Shown here: one piece after another, positions 60,227 to 64,000 of the stretch
Layout: every line of letters begins with the position of its first letter
Numbering within the stretch: the stretch's first letter is position 1
NCBI RefSeq assembly: GCF_024521635.1
Contig: NW_026250417.1
Coordinates: 124,001 to 188,000 of the forward strand
Reading direction: 5' to 3'
DNA length: 64,000 nt
Source: Tricharina praecox
Lineage: Eukaryota
Made by a program: the position numbers and the translations under genes
The notes under the pieces: generated by a model
What the model was told of the DNA's origin: nothing
Seen by the model: the letters and a program-made list of their open reading frames with translations, nothing else
Databases searched by the model: none

Positions 60227-63200
60227 TTTGTTTATGTGCGTGTATGTAGGAGAGGACAATGCGATTGGTTCGTTGAGTTTCGAGGTCCTAGGGTGGGATT
60301 CGAGGTGGATTGAGGGGATCGTATGTATGTGGATGGACTGGCCCGCAATCGACAAGTGTGGGGTGGGGCGGCCTTGAGTGAGTGTCTCTCCCCCTCGCCC
60401 CTCGCCCCTCCCCCCGTCCCCGCGCGCCGCCACGTCAGATACTCTACATACATACTCTACTCAGTACTCTAGAGTACGGCACAGAGCCGCATGCGGCTTG
60501 ATTTGATAAGTCAGTGCATAATATGCTACATATCGTTCTGCGCTGCATAGAGTAACCTAACTACCGATATGTAGGTGATGACTTTCCCTCCCTCCCTCCC
60601 TTGAACCTTCCACACACACAGCCGGTGGGCTGCAGCCACGATCGACGGGAATTGTTTCAACGCGGTTTCGAAAGTGAGATGGGTTGATGGATGGTGCAGT
60701 GCTCCTTCACGGCGACAAGGGAGGGAGGGATTCAGGCAGGCAGGCGACCCACTCGGCCTACCTAACCACCCATCGCGGATGATGATATCGATCTCGCCAC
60801 ACGTACATATCATACATATCATACACGGCTTGATTTCGAGTACGGTTTCTATGGTACGAACTCCTCGCCCCGCTTGCAGTCCATCTCTATCCGCGAGGAC
60901 ACACCCCGAGACGAGAGGATCACTCCAAATAGTAGTAGATATCCGAGCGCTTCCTCCCCCGGTGCCGGTGCGCGCGCTGCTGCACAATCATCGTACATAT
61001 CTACATGGTTCCTTGCTCGATGAAGAACTCCCCCACTGGAATGAGAGTGAGAATGAGAATGGACTCGTGTGAACTCGTGTGATGATGATGGTGATGATGA
61101 GACCCAGGCCTCCCTCATGTGTCCACTCCCCCCAGATCTCGACAGAACCAGATTTCTACTCCGGAGGGAGGAAGTTGCTGCTGAGGCGTGACGAGGGAGA
61201 TAGCGTGACTAGTAGGCCCGGACATGAAAAACTCGGATGTCTCCATGCGAACTTTGGTCACTGGTCACTGGTGTGCGCTGGGGAGGAAGGAAGCCTTCCT
61301 CGGACTCAGGAGCGCGTTGGGACGAAGCCCTTCCTCGGAGTCTACTCCAGAATCCAGAGTCCTCTATGTTCGAGACAGCTTCGGCACTCGATCGAGTAAG
61401 GGTGGCAGTTATATGTATCGATAAGAAAGCCCTGCATGGGGCCTCATAAAGTTCCTTTCCGAGCCCAGCTGCGAGACGGAATCGATCAAAGGCAAGGCAA
61501 GGAAGGGGTTCGAGGGATCAGCTGTGTACCGTATCAAAGCTCGGGATGCCGCACTGTTCCGCCTATGAATATACCTGCTCGACAACCTGCCGTACCTACA
61601 TACCGGTGGATGGATGGGGGGGCATTGGGGATGGACGAGTACATATCGATCGTGTGCGTCAGGTCTCGGACTGGCAGATATACCGTGGCCTTTCGGTCTT
61701 TGGTCCTTTGGTTTTTGGTCTTTGGTCTGTGGTCTTTGGTCTTTTGCCTTTCGCCAGCACGCTTCTTCTTCTTGCCTGAGACGAGGAACCGGACGGGAGG
61801 GAGGGAGGGAAGGAACTACTAGTATGTAACTTGCTTCCTCAAACCGTGCAAGCATCCGCCACTGTTTTTTGCTCAGCCTGCACACGCCGAATCGCTCCGG
61901 AAGGAGAAGCAGTTTGTCTACCGTTCCGTGTCCCGGTGAGCGAGGAGGAAGGAGGAAGAGTTCCGCACTTGTTCCTGACCGGCATCTGGCGGATGGAGAC
62001 TTGGCTTTCTTGTCTTGGTGGCGGCCCTTCACGGCTTGGATGGTAGTGGGTTTCTTCTCCTTCTCAAGTGCTCGCCACCCCTCCCCCCCTCCCCCTCCTC
62101 ACTCCCCCCCAATGGCCCCATGTGTGGATCAGGGATTGTAACAGTTCGGTGTTTCCTAGAATAGCGCCACAGTTACAAGCCCATGTATAACTTGCAAGGA
62201 CTTCGGGAACCGGGATGCCCAAAGCTCACGCCTAAGCTGAGAGGATATCCGCCAAAAAGCAAACAATCGAGGGGCAAGTAGGCATGTATGGAAGTATGTG
62301 AGCATGTACAATATCTACATACCGGATACCAGGTAGAAGATTATACATATCAAACTCAGGCGAGGGTGGCAGAGGGGTGGGGCTGGGTATCAAGTAGGGT
62401 ACGTGCTGCTCGATTACGAGCAGCACGTACCCTTACCTGTATCTGCTGTAGGGAATCTCCCTGACCAAACGCTGCGGACTTCGGACTTTGTTTCTCGAGA
62501 GAGGGACGCCGTATGCGCATCCCATCGCGTTTCTCCGGGGTACATGTTTCGTACGAGCGGTTCCCAGGAGTATCTGCTGTACTCTAACTCCCGTACTTCC
62601 CAGTCGAGGTCTCGATGATGCCCGATGGCCTTCGGATTGATTGATTGGTTGTCCTCAGCTGTTTGCTGTTTGCTGATGGCGAGAAGCAGAGGCCCTCTGC
62701 CTCCTCTACATGCCGTTGTTCGTCGCCGTGATCAGGACTGTCTGGCCAAAGAGCAAGACGGAACCACACACGCCTCTCCCGGACATTCAATGTCATTGGG
62801 AAATTGGCCACCGCTCCGGCGACATTGTCTTGAGGACAACAACGACTACAGCAGATTGATTCTTGGTCCGTGCCGGCTTGCTGCTTGCTCGGGTCTCCGC
62901 TATTGGCGCCATCGCGGTGCCCACTTGTCAGTCTGGTTATTCTAGTCATTCTAGCCATTCTAACGTGGAGAATGCTCCATCCTGACGACTCTAACCGTGT
63001 CTGAAGAAGAACTACACCACCGCCCATCCACCGTCTGGGTACGTATGAATCGGTGCTGTCAACCCCTGTCAGCCGTGAGCTTCCGCCAATGCATTGCGAT
63101 TTAAACCTGAACGACCCTCCACCTCTTCCCGCCTTTCCTGCTCTTCTTGCCCTTATATCTATCTCCCCCCCAATCCTCCATCAACAAAAACTCTATCTCT

Positions 63201-63459
63201 TCCTTCCCTCCCTTCGTCCTCCGTCAATCCACACCTCCCTCTCCCCCAATACCGCCCCACATTCTTCAGTCAGGTCTCTTTCTTCATCTGTCGGAGTCTC
63301 TGCTTTGTATCAGTATCAACACCACCGACCCAGCTCCGTAGCACAAACACACCTGCTGCCGCTTCCCCCCGCCTTCTCAGACCCTCTTCATCCCACCCGG
63401 ACGAACGACACCTAATCCATCAGCGTTTTTTTTTTGCAATCGAATAATAGCCGTTAGCC

Positions 63460-64000
63460 ATGTGGTACGTTTGGGTTGTGCTGGCGGTGGCACGTTGCTT
63501 TGGTCCCTAGACTTCGCCTCGTGTTGGCCCTTGGCTAACTTCAGGACCTGTGCTGCGCTATAGTGGAATTTTTGGCTACGTCAACTACCTCGTCGAGAAG
63601 GACCGCAAGTACATCTTGGACACTCTGGTCGCTGGTTTGTACCCCCCCATCCATCCCCTCTCTCCCTCCTCCATCCCAAATCCTGGCAGAGGTCAGCTAG
63701 CTAGCTGGCCTGTCCGGCCAGTCCATCCGGTCCGGTCCAGCCGCAGAGAAGAAAAAAGTTGAGCTTTTCTAACCCATCCATTGGCGCACGTTTTAGGTCT
63801 GTCCCGCCTTGAATACCGCGGCTATGATTCCGCCGGAGTCGCCGTAGACGGTGACAAGGAGGGCGAGGTGCTGGCCTACAAGGAAGTCGGAAAAGTTGTA
63901 AAGTTGCAGCAATTGATCGAAGAGGCCAAGCCTGACCTCGACGCTACCTTTGTGTCCCATTGCGGTATTGCACACACACGGTGGGCCACCCACGGTCAGC
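63460..64000 (+). CDS. GFA1: Glutamine:fructose-6-phosphate amidotransferase, 5' part (runs off the window)
   Basis: ATGTG|intron|TGGAATT gives MCGIFGYVNYLV..GLSRLEYRGYDSAG..HCGIAHTRWATHG. Confidence 0.96.

Noticed and set aside
60300..63400. ORFs of up to 207 aa between RIB4 and GFA1
   Set aside because: Low complexity, non-ATG starts and no recognisable domain. Best read as a divergent promoter region.

Overview
Eukaryotic, intron-containing DNA from a filamentous ascomycete. Short GT-AG introns carry CTRAY branch points and intergenic DNA is rich in simple repeats; Pezizomycetes is my inference only. About 22 protein-coding genes can be assembled by hand. In order: an unannotated 4-exon triple CxxC..CxxC zinc-finger gene, MRPL25, PRP28, a head-to-head RAD7/RAD16 pair, a GTS1-like ArfGAP-UBA gene, a Txl1/TXNL1-like thioredoxin-PITH gene lacking the CxxC active site, a 963-aa repeat-rich orphan, ATG10 next to ATG1, then a ~10 kb gene-poor block. 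After that come a cysteine-rich GPI-type protein, a SAM methyltransferase, an M19 dipeptidase, an Mpv17-family gene, MDM31, EMC2, APL5 (AP-3 delta), a small hypothetical gene, SDH6, RIB4 and the 5' part of GFA1. Other notable signals are a candidate H/ACA-like structured RNA at ~21.0-21.2 kb and a decayed tandem duplicate of the ATG10 3' end. I see no tRNA, rRNA, CRISPR array or recognisable transposase. All exon models are manual, family calls come from recognised motifs rather than database searches, and nothing here is transcript-verified.
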